From assembly GCA_003554845.1 (NCBI GenBank), contig PWHK01000017.1, forward strand, positions 11,242 to 75,241: a stretch of 64,000 bases of DNA, read 5' to 3'. Numbering within the stretch: the stretch's first letter is position 1; each line of letters starts with the position of its first letter. The notes beneath the pieces are model-generated. The model was not told the DNA's origin. It saw only the letters and a program-made list of their open reading frames with translations, and ran no database searches. Positions 8,853 through 17,391 of this stretch are shown here, one piece after another. The stretch comes from Candidatus Aenigmatarchaeota archaeon. Lineage in GTDB: Archaea; Aenigmatarchaeota; Aenigmatarchaeia; PWEA01. The translations under genes and the position numbers were made by a program.

Positions 8853-9461
8853 ATGCCTCAGCAGTGCCCCTTTTGTTACTTCATAAACAATAAACCCGAG
8901 GATATATGGGTCGTTGGAGAGACCGAGAACTTTTACGCCTGGCTTGAATATCCGGAACCAAGGGCAAAGGGACAGACGAATATAGTACCAAAGGAGCACA
9001 AGGAGAGTCTGATGGAACTGACTGAAAAGGAGTGGGACGAAGCAATGGGCTTGTTGAGGGAAATAGTTCAGAGTGTTACGATAGGACTGGATGCAGACGG
9101 CGTTTCAGTGACTATGAACATCAAGGAGGCAGGAGGTCAGATGGTTCCACATGCCTATATACAGATTTTTCCACGGTTCTCAGGGGACGAAAACGCCGGA
9201 ACGCCTACCGGTGCAATATTTTCCAAGAAACAGGAGATACAGAGCGAAGAGGTTTTCCAGAAGGTTCAGAGCAGTATAAAGGATGCAGAGGTCGGAGTAA
9301 ACAAGCCTCTCAAACAGAGGCCAAAGGTATCAAAGCGTCATATGGAAAGCACTGAAGAACAGGAAGAGAAAGAAAAGGAAGAGGAAGAAAAGGAAGAGGA
9401 GAACGAAAGAAATAAAAATGCTGCCGAGCAATGGAAGAGAATGAAGAGAGGAAGTTACTGA
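8853..9461 (+). CDS. HIT-superfamily-like protein with degenerate histidine triad and E/K-rich C-terminal tail
   Basis: N-terminal CPFC..., central IVPKEH and VPHAYIQIFPR resemble the HIT fold, but only one His of the HxHxHxx triad is present; low-complexity EEKEKEEEEKEEEN tail. Confidence 0.45.
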   Translation: MPQQCPFCYFINNKPEDIWVVGETENFYAWLEYPEPRAKGQTNIVPKEHKESLMELTEKEWDEAMGLLREIVQSVTIGLDADGVSVTMNIKEAGGQMVPHAYIQIFPRFSGDENAGTPTGAIFSKKQEIQSEEVFQKVQSSIKDAEVGVNKPLKQRPKVSKRHMESTEEQEEKEKEEEEKEEENERNKNAAEQWKRMKRGSY

Positions 9462-9472
9462 ACTAAAAACGA

Positions 9473-9590
9473 GCGGCCGTGGTCTAACGGCTAGGACTCG
9501 AGCCTTCCATGGGCACGTCCGGTAAATTATTTTCGGGCGCGTAGTCCGGAGCCAGCTCGCTGTCCGGGTTCAAATCCCGGCGGCCGCACC
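9473..9590 (+). tRNA. tRNA-Gly (UCC) with 44-nt intron at canonical 37/38 position (intron ~9510-9553)
   Basis: Acceptor GCGGCCG/CGGCCGC; D-arm GTCT-AACGGCTA-GGAC; anticodon stem CGAGC/GCTCG around loop CTTCCA[intron]A; T-arm CCGGG-TTCAAAT-CCCGG; T-rich 3' flank. Confidence 0.7.
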
Positions 9591-9612
9591 TTTTATTCTT
9601 CCTCTGCAACCA

Positions 9613-9622
9613 TGGTACAATA
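9613..9622 (+). promoter_or_regulatory. Candidate archaeal TATA box (atatataag) ~25 nt upstream of the Rpp21 start; near-leaderless transcript
   Basis: AT-rich TATA-like element at appropriate spacing from the ATG at 9644. Confidence 0.3.
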
Positions 9623-9643
9623 TATAAGTTTACAGAAGGAATA

Positions 9644-9955
9644 TTGGTCTTGATGAAACCCGAATGGCAGAAGAAGATAGCCAGGGAGAGAATAGATATA
9701 CTGTTTGAGGAGGCGGAGAAGGCCTTCCCCGAGAACAAAAGAAGAGCAGACAGGTACGTGGAACTTGCCAGGAAGATAGCCATGCGGTATCGTGTCAAGA
9801 TCCCCAAGAATCACAAAAAGAGGTTCTGTGAAGAGTGCCATGTATACATAAAACCAGGCGTCAACTGTGATGTGAAAGTGGGAAGCAAAGAAAGGGCCGT
9901 CAAGTGGGAGTGCAGGGAGTGTGGACATATAAAAAGGTATCCGTACAAGGGATAG
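9644..9955 (+). CDS. rnp4: RNase P protein subunit Rpp21 (Rnp4), zinc-ribbon
   Basis: ARERIDILFEEA...RYVELARKIAMRYRVKIP...KRFCEECHVYIKPGVN...CRECGHIKRYP matches Rpp21. Confidence 0.8.
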   Translation: MVLMKPEWQKKIARERIDILFEEAEKAFPENKRRADRYVELARKIAMRYRVKIPKNHKKRFCEECHVYIKPGVNCDVKVGSKERAVKWECRECGHIKRYPYKG

Positions 9956-10002
9956 TTTAACCTTTAAAAACCTTAACGTTGTATTAAAGTCAGTGGATTG
10001 AT

Positions 10003-10422
10003 ATGGTAACAGTTTACGATGTAAGACCCAATGAGCTTATAGAAGCAGTTGCAGAGAGTCTCAAGGATGTGGAAGAGATCGATCAGCCCGAGTGGAGTGA
10101 GTTTGTAAAGACATCCTCCGCAAAGGAAAGACCACCGCAGCAGGAAGACTGGTGGTATATGAGAAGTGCTTCTCTACTGAGAAAACTATACACAGAAGGT
10201 CCAATGGGAGTAAACCGATTTAGAAGAGAGTACAGCGATAAAAAGGACAGAGGACATAAACCCGACCACTCACGTCCGGCAGGAGGCAAGATAATAAGAA
10301 CAGCACTCCAGCAGCTGGAGGAAGCAGGCTTTGTCGAAAAGGAAGACGGTGACGGAAGAAAGATAACCCCAGAGGGAACGTCATTCCTGGACGGTGTAGC
10401 CAAACAGATCAAGGAAGGGTAA
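10003..10422 (+). CDS. rps19e: 30S ribosomal protein S19e
   Basis: TVYDVRPNELIEAVAESLK...DWWYMRSASLLRKLY is diagnostic of S19e. Confidence 0.9.
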   Translation: MVTVYDVRPNELIEAVAESLKDVEEIDQPEWSEFVKTSSAKERPPQQEDWWYMRSASLLRKLYTEGPMGVNRFRREYSDKKDRGHKPDHSRPAGGKIIRTALQQLEEAGFVEKEDGDGRKITPEGTSFLDGVAKQIKEG

Positions 10423-10423
10423 A

Positions 10424-10756
10424 ATGGACAAGGACGAGATCAGGAGAATAAAAGAGAGAAAGAAAAGGGAGCTCCAGGAAGATAGTGAAATGCAGAAGAG
10501 AAACCAGGAGATGGAGAAAAAGATAGAACAGAAAAAGAAGGAGGCCCTTCGTAAGATATTGACCAAGGAAGCAAGAGAAAGGCTCAACACTGTGAAGCTC
10601 ACAAACAAGGAGGTAGTGGACCAACTGGAGACTTATCTTGTACAACTGAGCCAGTCGGGTCAGCTGAGAGAAAAGATAGACGAGGAAAAGTTAAAAAAGA
10701 TACTGAGGTCCATAAAGGACGAACAAAAAAAGGATTGGAATATAAAGAGGAGATAG
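10424..10756 (+). CDS. PDCD5/TFAR19-family dsDNA-binding protein
   Basis: Basic/coiled N-terminus plus EARERLNTVKLTNKEVVDQLETYLVQLSQSGQL typical of archaeal PDCD5 homologs; conserved position between S19e and L39e. Confidence 0.7.
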   Translation: MDKDEIRRIKERKKRELQEDSEMQKRNQEMEKKIEQKKKEALRKILTKEARERLNTVKLTNKEVVDQLETYLVQLSQSGQLREKIDEEKLKKILRSIKDEQKKDWNIKRR

Positions 10757-10757
10757 T

Positions 10758-10913
10758 ATGCCTTCAAGAAAGACAAAGGGAAAGAAAAGAAAGCTCATAA
10801 AGAGAGGAAACATTTCAGATGCTCCTATATGGGCGTCCATAAGAAAGTACGGAATGAAGAGAAGCAGGACGAGACGGATAAGAGTCAACAAAGGTAAGCA
10901 CTGGAGAGAGTGA
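10758..10913 (+). CDS. rpl39e: 50S ribosomal protein L39e (51 aa; absent from ORF track)
   Basis: Manual translation MPSRKTKGKKRKLIKRGNISDAPIWASIRKYGMKRSRTRRIRVNKGKHWRE; conserved L39e-L31e-eIF6 gene order. Confidence 0.85.
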   Translation: MPSRKTKGKKRKLIKRGNISDAPIWASIRKYGMKRSRTRRIRVNKGKHWRE

Positions 10914-11551
10914 TCCATATGGAAGACAACGTTTTCAGAATTCCTCTCAGGGTGAAAAAGGTTGAGAGAAGGAATCGGGCAGCAAGGGCTGTACGTGAGA
11001 TAAAGAAGTTCGTAAGAAAACAGACAGAAAAAGATATCAAGATAGACCAGGAGATAAATGATATAATATGGAAAAGAGGTGCACAGAAACCACCTTCATC
11101 TATAAGAGTAAGGCTTGTTGATTCGAATAGCCATGTGCTGGTACAGTCCCCCGACAGAGAGCTTCCCTCGGAAAAGAAGTTCGAGTGCGAAGACTGCGGG
11201 AAGACATTTTCAACGGAGCAGGGACTCAAAGTGCATGTATCGAGGGCCCACAGGGAAGAAGAGGAACAGGAAGAGGAAGAAAAGGAAGAGGAGAACTACG
11301 TATGCGAGGAATGCGACAGAGAGTTCGATACAAAAAGAGGACTTTCTATACATCAGTCACAGTCACATGACGAGGACGATGACGACGACGACAGAGAGGC
11401 ATATGAAGAGGCACTGTCCGGAAGCATATCCGATGCAAAGGAAGCTATAGATAATATGGACGATCCAGACTTTGATCTTTTACTTGAAATAGAGGAAGAG
11501 AACAAGGACAGAAAGGGAATGAAGAAATACCTTGAGGATCAGATCAGTTGA
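10910..11551 (+). CDS. rpl31e: 50S ribosomal protein L31e fused to two C2H2 zinc fingers, a poly-acidic tract and a conserved ~45-aa C-terminal module (likely start ATG 10919)
   Basis: N-terminal ~90 aa RIPLRVKKVERRNRAARAVREIKKFVRK...IDQEINDIIWKRGAQKPPSSIRVRL is L31e; then FECEDCGKTFSTEQGLKVHVSRAH and YVCEECDREFDTKRGLSIHQSQSH; DDDDDD; C-terminal [38 protein letters not shown]. Confidence 0.8.
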   Translation: MIHMEDNVFRIPLRVKKVERRNRAARAVREIKKFVRKQTEKDIKIDQEINDIIWKRGAQKPPSSIRVRLVDSNSHVLVQSPDRELPSEKKFECEDCGKTFSTEQGLKVHVSRAHREEEEQEEEEKEEENYVCEECDREFDTKRGLSIHQSQSHDEDDDDDDREAYEEALSGSISDAKEAIDNMDDPDFDLLLEIEEENKDRKGMKKYLEDQIS

Positions 11552-12234
11552 TATTTCTTGATACTATGGTCAATATACAAAGGACGAACTTCGATGGAGA
11601 TCCAAATCTAGGTCTACATACAGAACCCACGGAAGATCTATGTATAGTAGATCCGGGCCTTTCTAAAAAGTGCTATAGGAGGATAAGGGATGTTCTTGGG
11701 GTTGAGGTACTTAAGACCACTGTAGCAGGTTCAAGCATGCCGGGTATATTCTGTGCCGCCAACTCCAACGGTGTTGCACTTCCAAAGAACACAGAGGAAG
11801 AGGAGAAGGAATTTTTTGATAACCATGGTATAGAATGGAAAATCCTTGAAGCCAAACACACAGCCCTTGGGAACCTTATAATGGTTAACGACAGTGCATG
11901 TGTTGTATCACAGAGACTAATGGACTCGAAGAAAGACCTTGAAAATCTTTTTGGTGTTCCAGTGGTCTCCGGGTCAATAGCAGGAAGGGATCTTCTGGGA
12001 AGTAGTTCTGTGGTTACAAATAGAGGGCTTCTGACACACAGGGACACAACGGAGTCCGAGATGGAATACCTTGAGGAGATATTTGACCTGGAGTGTGGAA
12101 TAGGAACAGTTGGATTTGGTGTTCCATTCGTAGGAGCATGTATAGTTGCAAACACAGAGGGAATCCTTATAAGCGAAGATACAACAGGCCCAGAGATGGG
12201 TAGAATACAGCAGGCCCTTGAACAAAACCTATAG
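11548..12234 (+). CDS. eif6: Translation initiation factor 6 (eIF6)
   Basis: 228 aa; internally repeated eIF6 fold motifs (GSIAGRDLLGSSSVVTNRGLL, VGFGVPFVGACIVANTEGILI). Confidence 0.85.
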   Translation: MIFLDTMVNIQRTNFDGDPNLGLHTEPTEDLCIVDPGLSKKCYRRIRDVLGVEVLKTTVAGSSMPGIFCAANSNGVALPKNTEEEEKEFFDNHGIEWKILEAKHTALGNLIMVNDSACVVSQRLMDSKKDLENLFGVPVVSGSIAGRDLLGSSSVVTNRGLLTHRDTTESEMEYLEEIFDLECGIGTVGFGVPFVGACIVANTEGILISEDTTGPEMGRIQQALEQNL

Positions 12235-12245
12235 CTGTTGATAAA

Positions 12246-13151
12246 ATGTTTTCAAAGTTCAGAGAAAAGGTCGATGATGCCCTGAGCAAGGCTGGGAAGG
12301 AGATAACCGAGAGAAAGATATCCGAACGGGATCTCAACAAGGTCCTTGAGGAACTTAAGATATCTCTCATACAGTCAGATGTTGCACTTGAAGTAGCCGA
12401 AAGGATATGCCGGGATCTGAGAAGCAAGCTCTCGGGAAAGGAGGTAAAGAGAACGAAGGTGGAGGAGATCATAAGAGAGAGCTTCAGATACACTGTAAGG
12501 GGTATACTTTCAAACAAGCCCCTTGATATCGTTGGGGATATAGAAAAAAGCGATGAACCTGTTCTTGTACTGTTTCTGGGATTTAACGGATCGGGAAAGA
12601 CCAGTACACTTGTAAAGTTTGCACATATTCTCAAACAGAAAGGAATGGATCCTGTTCTTGCAGCAGGCGATACATATAGGGCGGCATCTATAGAGCAACT
12701 GGAAAAACATGGCCAGGAACTGGATCTTAAGATTATAAAACATGGCTACGGATCTGATGCTGCAGCCGTGGTATACGATGCAATGGAACATGCAAAGGCA
12801 GAGGGAAAAAAGGCCGTTCTTGCGGATACTGCAGGCAGATCACATTCGGACGCCAACCTCATGGATGAGCTTGAAAAGATATGCAGGGTAAACAAGCCCG
12901 ACTATAAGATACTCGTAGTCGACTCGCTTACAGGAAACAATGCCGTTGACCAAGTAAAGAGGTTTGAGGAGGTGGTGGGCATAGACGGTGTTGTTCTGAC
13001 AAAGATGGATGTAAACGAAAAGGGAGGAGCAGCGTTGTCCATATCACATTCAACCGACAAACCTATACTCTATATAGGTGTTGGCCAGGAGTACCGTGAT
13101 TTAGAAAGGTTTGATGCCGAGGATATTTCAAAAAGGATACTTTCGGAATAG
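12246..13151 (+). CDS. ftsY: Signal recognition particle receptor FtsY
   Basis: SRP-GTPase motifs GFNGSGKTST, DTAGR, TKMD; 301 aa. Confidence 0.9.
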   Translation: MFSKFREKVDDALSKAGKEITERKISERDLNKVLEELKISLIQSDVALEVAERICRDLRSKLSGKEVKRTKVEEIIRESFRYTVRGILSNKPLDIVGDIEKSDEPVLVLFLGFNGSGKTSTLVKFAHILKQKGMDPVLAAGDTYRAASIEQLEKHGQELDLKIIKHGYGSDAAAVVYDAMEHAKAEGKKAVLADTAGRSHSDANLMDELEKICRVNKPDYKILVVDSLTGNNAVDQVKRFEEVVGIDGVVLTKMDVNEKGGAALSISHSTDKPILYIGVGQEYRDLERFDAEDISKRILSE

Positions 13152-13177
13152 TTTTAACTACATGGAAGAGGAAGGCC

Positions 13178-14494
13178 ATGACGATTTTTAGAAAATACGA
13201 TGTACGTGGATCTTATCCCGATGAGATAGACGAAACGATGGCAGAAAAGATAGCCATGGCCTTTGCCCAGGTCAAAGATCTATCGGGAAAAACGGTGGCA
13301 GTTGGAAGAGATGTGAGAAACAGCTCTCCTAGCATATCGGAGAGCGTGGTCAAGGGGCTAAGGGACCAGGGATGCGATGTTATAGATATAGGGACTACTG
13401 CAACACCTGTACTCTACTACGAAGTTGTCGAGGAGAACCTTGCAGGTGGCGCAATGGTAACTGCCTCGCACAATCCAAAGGGGGACAATGGAATAAGGTT
13501 TTGTGGGGAGATGGGCCTCGACTTGGTTTATGAGGCAGGTATAAGTGATATACGAAGAACATACAACCTTGAACACAAAAAGAAGGAAAAGGGAAATCTG
13601 ATGGAGAAGGACATTGTCGATGGATTTAAGAAAAAGGTAGTGTCCTCTGTGGATATCGATGGTCGGTTCAAGGTTGTCGTTGATCCAGGAAACGGATCTG
13701 CTTCTCTCTTTGCTGGAGATATATTCAGGTCCATTGGCTGTGATGTCGTTGAGATTAATTCCGAAGTAGACGGCAACTTTCCTGCAAGAGGCCCCGATCC
13801 CGTCGAAGACATAGGGGAACTTGGAGATACTGTTGTCGATGAAGGCGCCGACCTTGGAGTTGCCTTCGATGGGGACGGCGACAGAGGCGTTTTTGTAGAT
13901 GAGAACGGCTGCCGGGTAGACAACGACATTCTTCTGGCCCTTTTTGTAAAGAACCTCGTGGGTAGGGGAGACACTGTAATACATGATGTTAAGTCTTCAA
14001 GGGCGGTGGAGGACGTAATAGATGAGGTTGGAGCCAGAGACGTTCCCTTCCGAGTTGGTATGAGCTATATCAAGAGGGAGATGATACAGAGGGAGGCGAA
14101 GATAGGCGGAGAGTACACAGGCCACTTTTTCTTTAGGGAAAACGACTACTACGATGATCCATACTACGCAACCGGCAAGCTGCTCGAGATAATGGACACG
14201 AAGGGAAGCCTTTCAGACCTCGTAGGTAAACTTCCAAAATACTACTCTTCTCCTGAGATGAGACTGGAATGTAACAACAAGGAAGAGATCCCCGAAAAGA
14301 TAAAGGAGGAGTTCTCTGAAAAAAGAATCGTAGATATGGATGGCGCCAAGGTATATTTCCAAAACGGATGGGCCCTTGTAAGGCCGTCGGGAACCGAAGA
14401 CAAGATATCCATAAGGTTTGAGGCAGGCACAGAGAAGGATCTCGACAGAATAAAAGAAAGGGTCATGGGCAGTGTAAAGAGCTATATGAAGTAG
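13178..14494 (+). CDS. Phosphohexomutase (phosphoglucosamine mutase / phosphomanno-glucomutase family)
   Basis: Active-site TASHNPKGDNGI, metal-binding DGDGDR, C-terminal GWALVRPSGTE. Confidence 0.85.
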   Translation: MTIFRKYDVRGSYPDEIDETMAEKIAMAFAQVKDLSGKTVAVGRDVRNSSPSISESVVKGLRDQGCDVIDIGTTATPVLYYEVVEENLAGGAMVTASHNPKGDNGIRFCGEMGLDLVYEAGISDIRRTYNLEHKKKEKGNLMEKDIVDGFKKKVVSSVDIDGRFKVVVDPGNGSASLFAGDIFRSIGCDVVEINSEVDGNFPARGPDPVEDIGELGDTVVDEGADLGVAFDGDGDRGVFVDENGCRVDNDILLALFVKNLVGRGDTVIHDVKSSRAVEDVIDEVGARDVPFRVGMSYIKREMIQREAKIGGEYTGHFFFRENDYYDDPYYATGKLLEIMDTKGSLSDLVGKLPKYYSSPEMRLECNNKEEIPEKIKEEFSEKRIVDMDGAKVYFQNGWALVRPSGTEDKISIRFEAGTEKDLDRIKERVMGSVKSYMK

Positions 14495-14542
14495 CCTTCT
14501 ACCAACTATTTAATATTCCGCGATCAAATTAAAGGTGGTAGC

Positions 14543-15577
14543 ATGAACAGACAAAAAAGAAAGAGGCTTGTGACGAGGCTTACAGACGAAGTAGTTACAG
14601 AAGAGGAACTGGATGGGATACTCGAGAAAGATAAGCCTGTGGCGTACATAGGCTATGCACCTACAGGTCTTCCCCATATAGGCCATTTTGCTACACTCAG
14701 AAAGGCAGCCGACTTCGTAAAGGCAGGCTTTGAGTTTAAGGTTCTTATTGCAGATGTTCACGCAGAGCTCGATGTAGAAAAGACACCTCAGGACCTCATA
14801 GATGCAAGGTCCGAGATATACGAAGAGTCCGTGAAGGAGATGATAAAGCAGAGCGGTGTAGGACTCGATAGTGTCAAAATAGTCAGAGGAAGCAGCTACC
14901 AGTACGACAAGCCGTACCAGAAGGGATACATCCATCTTATGGAAAATACAACTGTGGCCAGAGCCGAACGGGCATCGAGTGAGGTTGTAAGGCACGAGGA
15001 TGGAATGAAGGCTTCGGGAATACTGTATCCGTTTATGCAGATAATGGACTGCGTGGCCTTGGATGTCGACGTTGCATACGCAGGAACCGATCAGAGAAGA
15101 ATATACATGCTAGGCAGAGAGACGTTGCCCAGTATAGGAGAAGATAAGGTAACAACAGTACTCTATCCTCTACTCGGGGGCTTACAGGGAGGTAAGATGA
15201 GTGCATCTGATCCAAAATCGAAGATAGGAGTACTTGACTCCGACGAGGAGATAGAAGAAAAGGTAATGGATGCCTACTGTCCACAGGGAAAGGTCGATGG
15301 AAACAGCCTTCTTGGCTATGTAAAGTACCTAATGTTCCCGATTATAGAAGACAGAGGAACCTCGTTTGATGTAGAGAGACCCGAAAAGTACGGAGGAGAT
15401 GTTTCATACAGCAAATACAGTGACCTGGAAGATGATTTTCTGTCAGGTGATCTCCACCCACAGGACCTCAAGAAGGGCGCATGCGAGGTTATGAAGGATA
15501 TAATAGGTCCTATAAGAGAAAGACTGTTTCAAAAGAAGGATGTTTTGAAAAGAGCATACCCCGAAGAGTTAGACTAG
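14543..15577 (+). CDS. tyrS: Tyrosyl-tRNA synthetase
   Basis: Class I HIGH-like GLPHIGH and KMSAS (KMSKS) motifs; archaeal TyrRS length. Confidence 0.85.
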   Translation: MNRQKRKRLVTRLTDEVVTEEELDGILEKDKPVAYIGYAPTGLPHIGHFATLRKAADFVKAGFEFKVLIADVHAELDVEKTPQDLIDARSEIYEESVKEMIKQSGVGLDSVKIVRGSSYQYDKPYQKGYIHLMENTTVARAERASSEVVRHEDGMKASGILYPFMQIMDCVALDVDVAYAGTDQRRIYMLGRETLPSIGEDKVTTVLYPLLGGLQGGKMSASDPKSKIGVLDSDEEIEEKVMDAYCPQGKVDGNSLLGYVKYLMFPIIEDRGTSFDVERPEKYGGDVSYSKYSDLEDDFLSGDLHPQDLKKGACEVMKDIIGPIRERLFQKKDVLKRAYPEELD

Positions 15578-16179
15578 ACAACTGTTTCTAAGATGTCTAT
15601 AAGGAACTGGAATATTGGAATATTCATCTCAAAAAGTGCTCCCATCTTGAGTCCGTAGTATGTACCGAATCCCAGCATTGCTTCGTGAAGAACTATTCCT
15701 ATAAATGAATAAAATACAAAGCTCTTGAACTTCATCTCTGTTATGCCTGAGAATATAGCTACCCAGTCTCCTCCTATTAGAGGAGTGAGCCTGAACAGAA
15801 CTATTGAGAACTTACCGTTTTTATCGAAGGCCCAGTTAAGAAATCTCCATATCCTTCCGGACTTTCTTTCCTCATTTATAAGCCTCTCACCCAACCAACG
15901 GAACAGAAGAAAAACCACTGTGTTTGCTATTAGTATAAAAACCGTTGAAATGAGTACGATTCCTGCGACATGGGTTACGGTTTCGCTGTAGAAAAGGACG
16001 TAGGATATGATAACGACTTCGTCGGGTGCTATCCAGAAGAGCATGAAACCACGGGCCAACGATGCCAGGATCAGAGCAGTAATTCCGTATGTGAGTATAA
16101 AACTTTCAGTCAGGGAAACACCCTGGCTCAGTGTGTTTATGACAAACCCTTCTATCCTTTCAGAAACGGCCTTGAGCAT
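15574..16179 (-). CDS. DedA/TVP38-family membrane protein
   Basis: Polytopic 201-aa protein with a DedA-like core. Confidence 0.5.
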   Translation of the reverse strand: MLKAVSERIEGFVINTLSQGVSLTESFILTYGITALILASLARGFMLFWIAPDEVVIISYVLFYSETVTHVAGIVLISTVFILIANTVVFLLFRWLGERLINEERKSGRIWRFLNWAFDKNGKFSIVLFRLTPLIGGDWVAIFSGITEMKFKSFVFYSFIGIVLHEAMLGFGTYYGLKMGALFEMNIPIFQFLIDILETVV

Positions 16180-16192
16180 ACAAATACCTCTT

Positions 16193-17341
16193 CTATATTT
16201 CTACTTTATTGTTCCACATCTCTCTAGCAAGCTTGCCTTTGTACATCATCTTCTTTTTAGCCTTCGTGGATTTCTCCTTTCTTTTTTGGTGCTCACCTAG
16301 AAAGCTGTTCAACTTCTCTATAAGTATCTCCTTTACCTCTCCCGTTAACATATCTCCATTGTTGTACTTCCTTCCTATTTCCTTTATTCTTTGGTCGTCG
16401 TCCAGGAAAAGATTACGCAACCATTGATAGGCTACGTCTACAGATAGATCGGCTCCCTTTTCCCTGTGTTCCTTCTTTGTTATCTGTCCTCCGGAGTAGG
16501 CCCTTTCCATCACCTTTTTCCTGACGTCTTCCGGGCCGTCGTTCAGCATTATTGCATCCCTGGGCTTCGAAGACGACATCTTCCCTTCTGGACCTGTTAA
16601 CGCCGGAACAAGTTTATTGTGTATCTGTGCAGCCTTTTTTCTACCGATCTTCGGTGCTATATCCCTCTGTATTCTCCAGTATGGATCCTGGTCTATTCCA
16701 GCGGGTATCAGACACCTTCCTTCCTCGAAAAATGTAGGCAGAATTTGGAGCGCAGGATACCAGTTGAGGCCTATGTTGGTTGAGCTGCCGAAACCAAAGA
16801 CAGCAGATACCACAGAGTTGTTTATATTTTTGGCCACCTTGGTTGCAGCCTTGTACATGTTTCCTATGTATTCCGTATTTTTGAATATGAAGGTCTTGTC
16901 GGGATCAAATCCAACTGCAGCCACGTCTTTGAGGTTATCCTGGGCGAATTTCTCCACATCTTCATATTTGTTTCCCCTGGTCCAGTATTTTTCGTCGTCT
17001 GGGAACTGGATGTATACATTTACATCGAAGTTGTCCTGGAACCATTTTGTCATCTTAAAGGATATTATATGGCCTATATGCATAGGCCCGGATGGTCCTA
17101 CTCCTGTGTATAGGAAGAAACCATCCCCTTCTTCGTAGTCTTCCATGACCTTGTCCATGTCGCGGTGCGAAAACACGAAGTCTCTGTCTATGTAGAAGTT
17201 TTTTGAGCCGGCGTTTCCATGTATGCGTTCTTTGAGGTTTTCTGTGAGCCTTTCGGTTCCAAACTTTTCTATAAGTTTTCTGTAGTCCACGTTGCCCTCA
17301 ACGTCCCAGGGCGTTACTTCAAAACTGTTTTTATCTACCAT
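16193..17341 (-). CDS. trpS: Tryptophanyl-tRNA synthetase
   Basis: Class I motifs (GPSGPMHIGH HIGH-like, KMSSSK KMSKS-like); 382 aa, archaeal/eukaryal-type TrpRS. Confidence 0.85.
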   Translation of the reverse strand: MVDKNSFEVTPWDVEGNVDYRKLIEKFGTERLTENLKERIHGNAGSKNFYIDRDFVFSHRDMDKVMEDYEEGDGFFLYTGVGPSGPMHIGHIISFKMTKWFQDNFDVNVYIQFPDDEKYWTRGNKYEDVEKFAQDNLKDVAAVGFDPDKTFIFKNTEYIGNMYKAATKVAKNINNSVVSAVFGFGSSTNIGLNWYPALQILPTFFEEGRCLIPAGIDQDPYWRIQRDIAPKIGRKKAAQIHNKLVPALTGPEGKMSSSKPRDAIMLNDGPEDVRKKVMERAYSGGQITKKEHREKGADLSVDVAYQWLRNLFLDDDQRIKEIGRKYNNGDMLTGEVKEILIEKLNSFLGEHQKRKEKSTKAKKKMMYKGKLAREMWNNKVEI

Positions 17342-17391
17342 TCTATCCTCTACTCAACAAATTCTTCTGGTTATTAATAAGTTCTTAGAAT

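Noticed and set aside
9361-9410. GAA/GAG-rich repeats considered as CRISPR-like or tandem-repeat array
   Set aside because: They are in-frame low-complexity coding sequence (E/K tails), not spaced direct repeats; no CRISPR arrays or cas genes in the window
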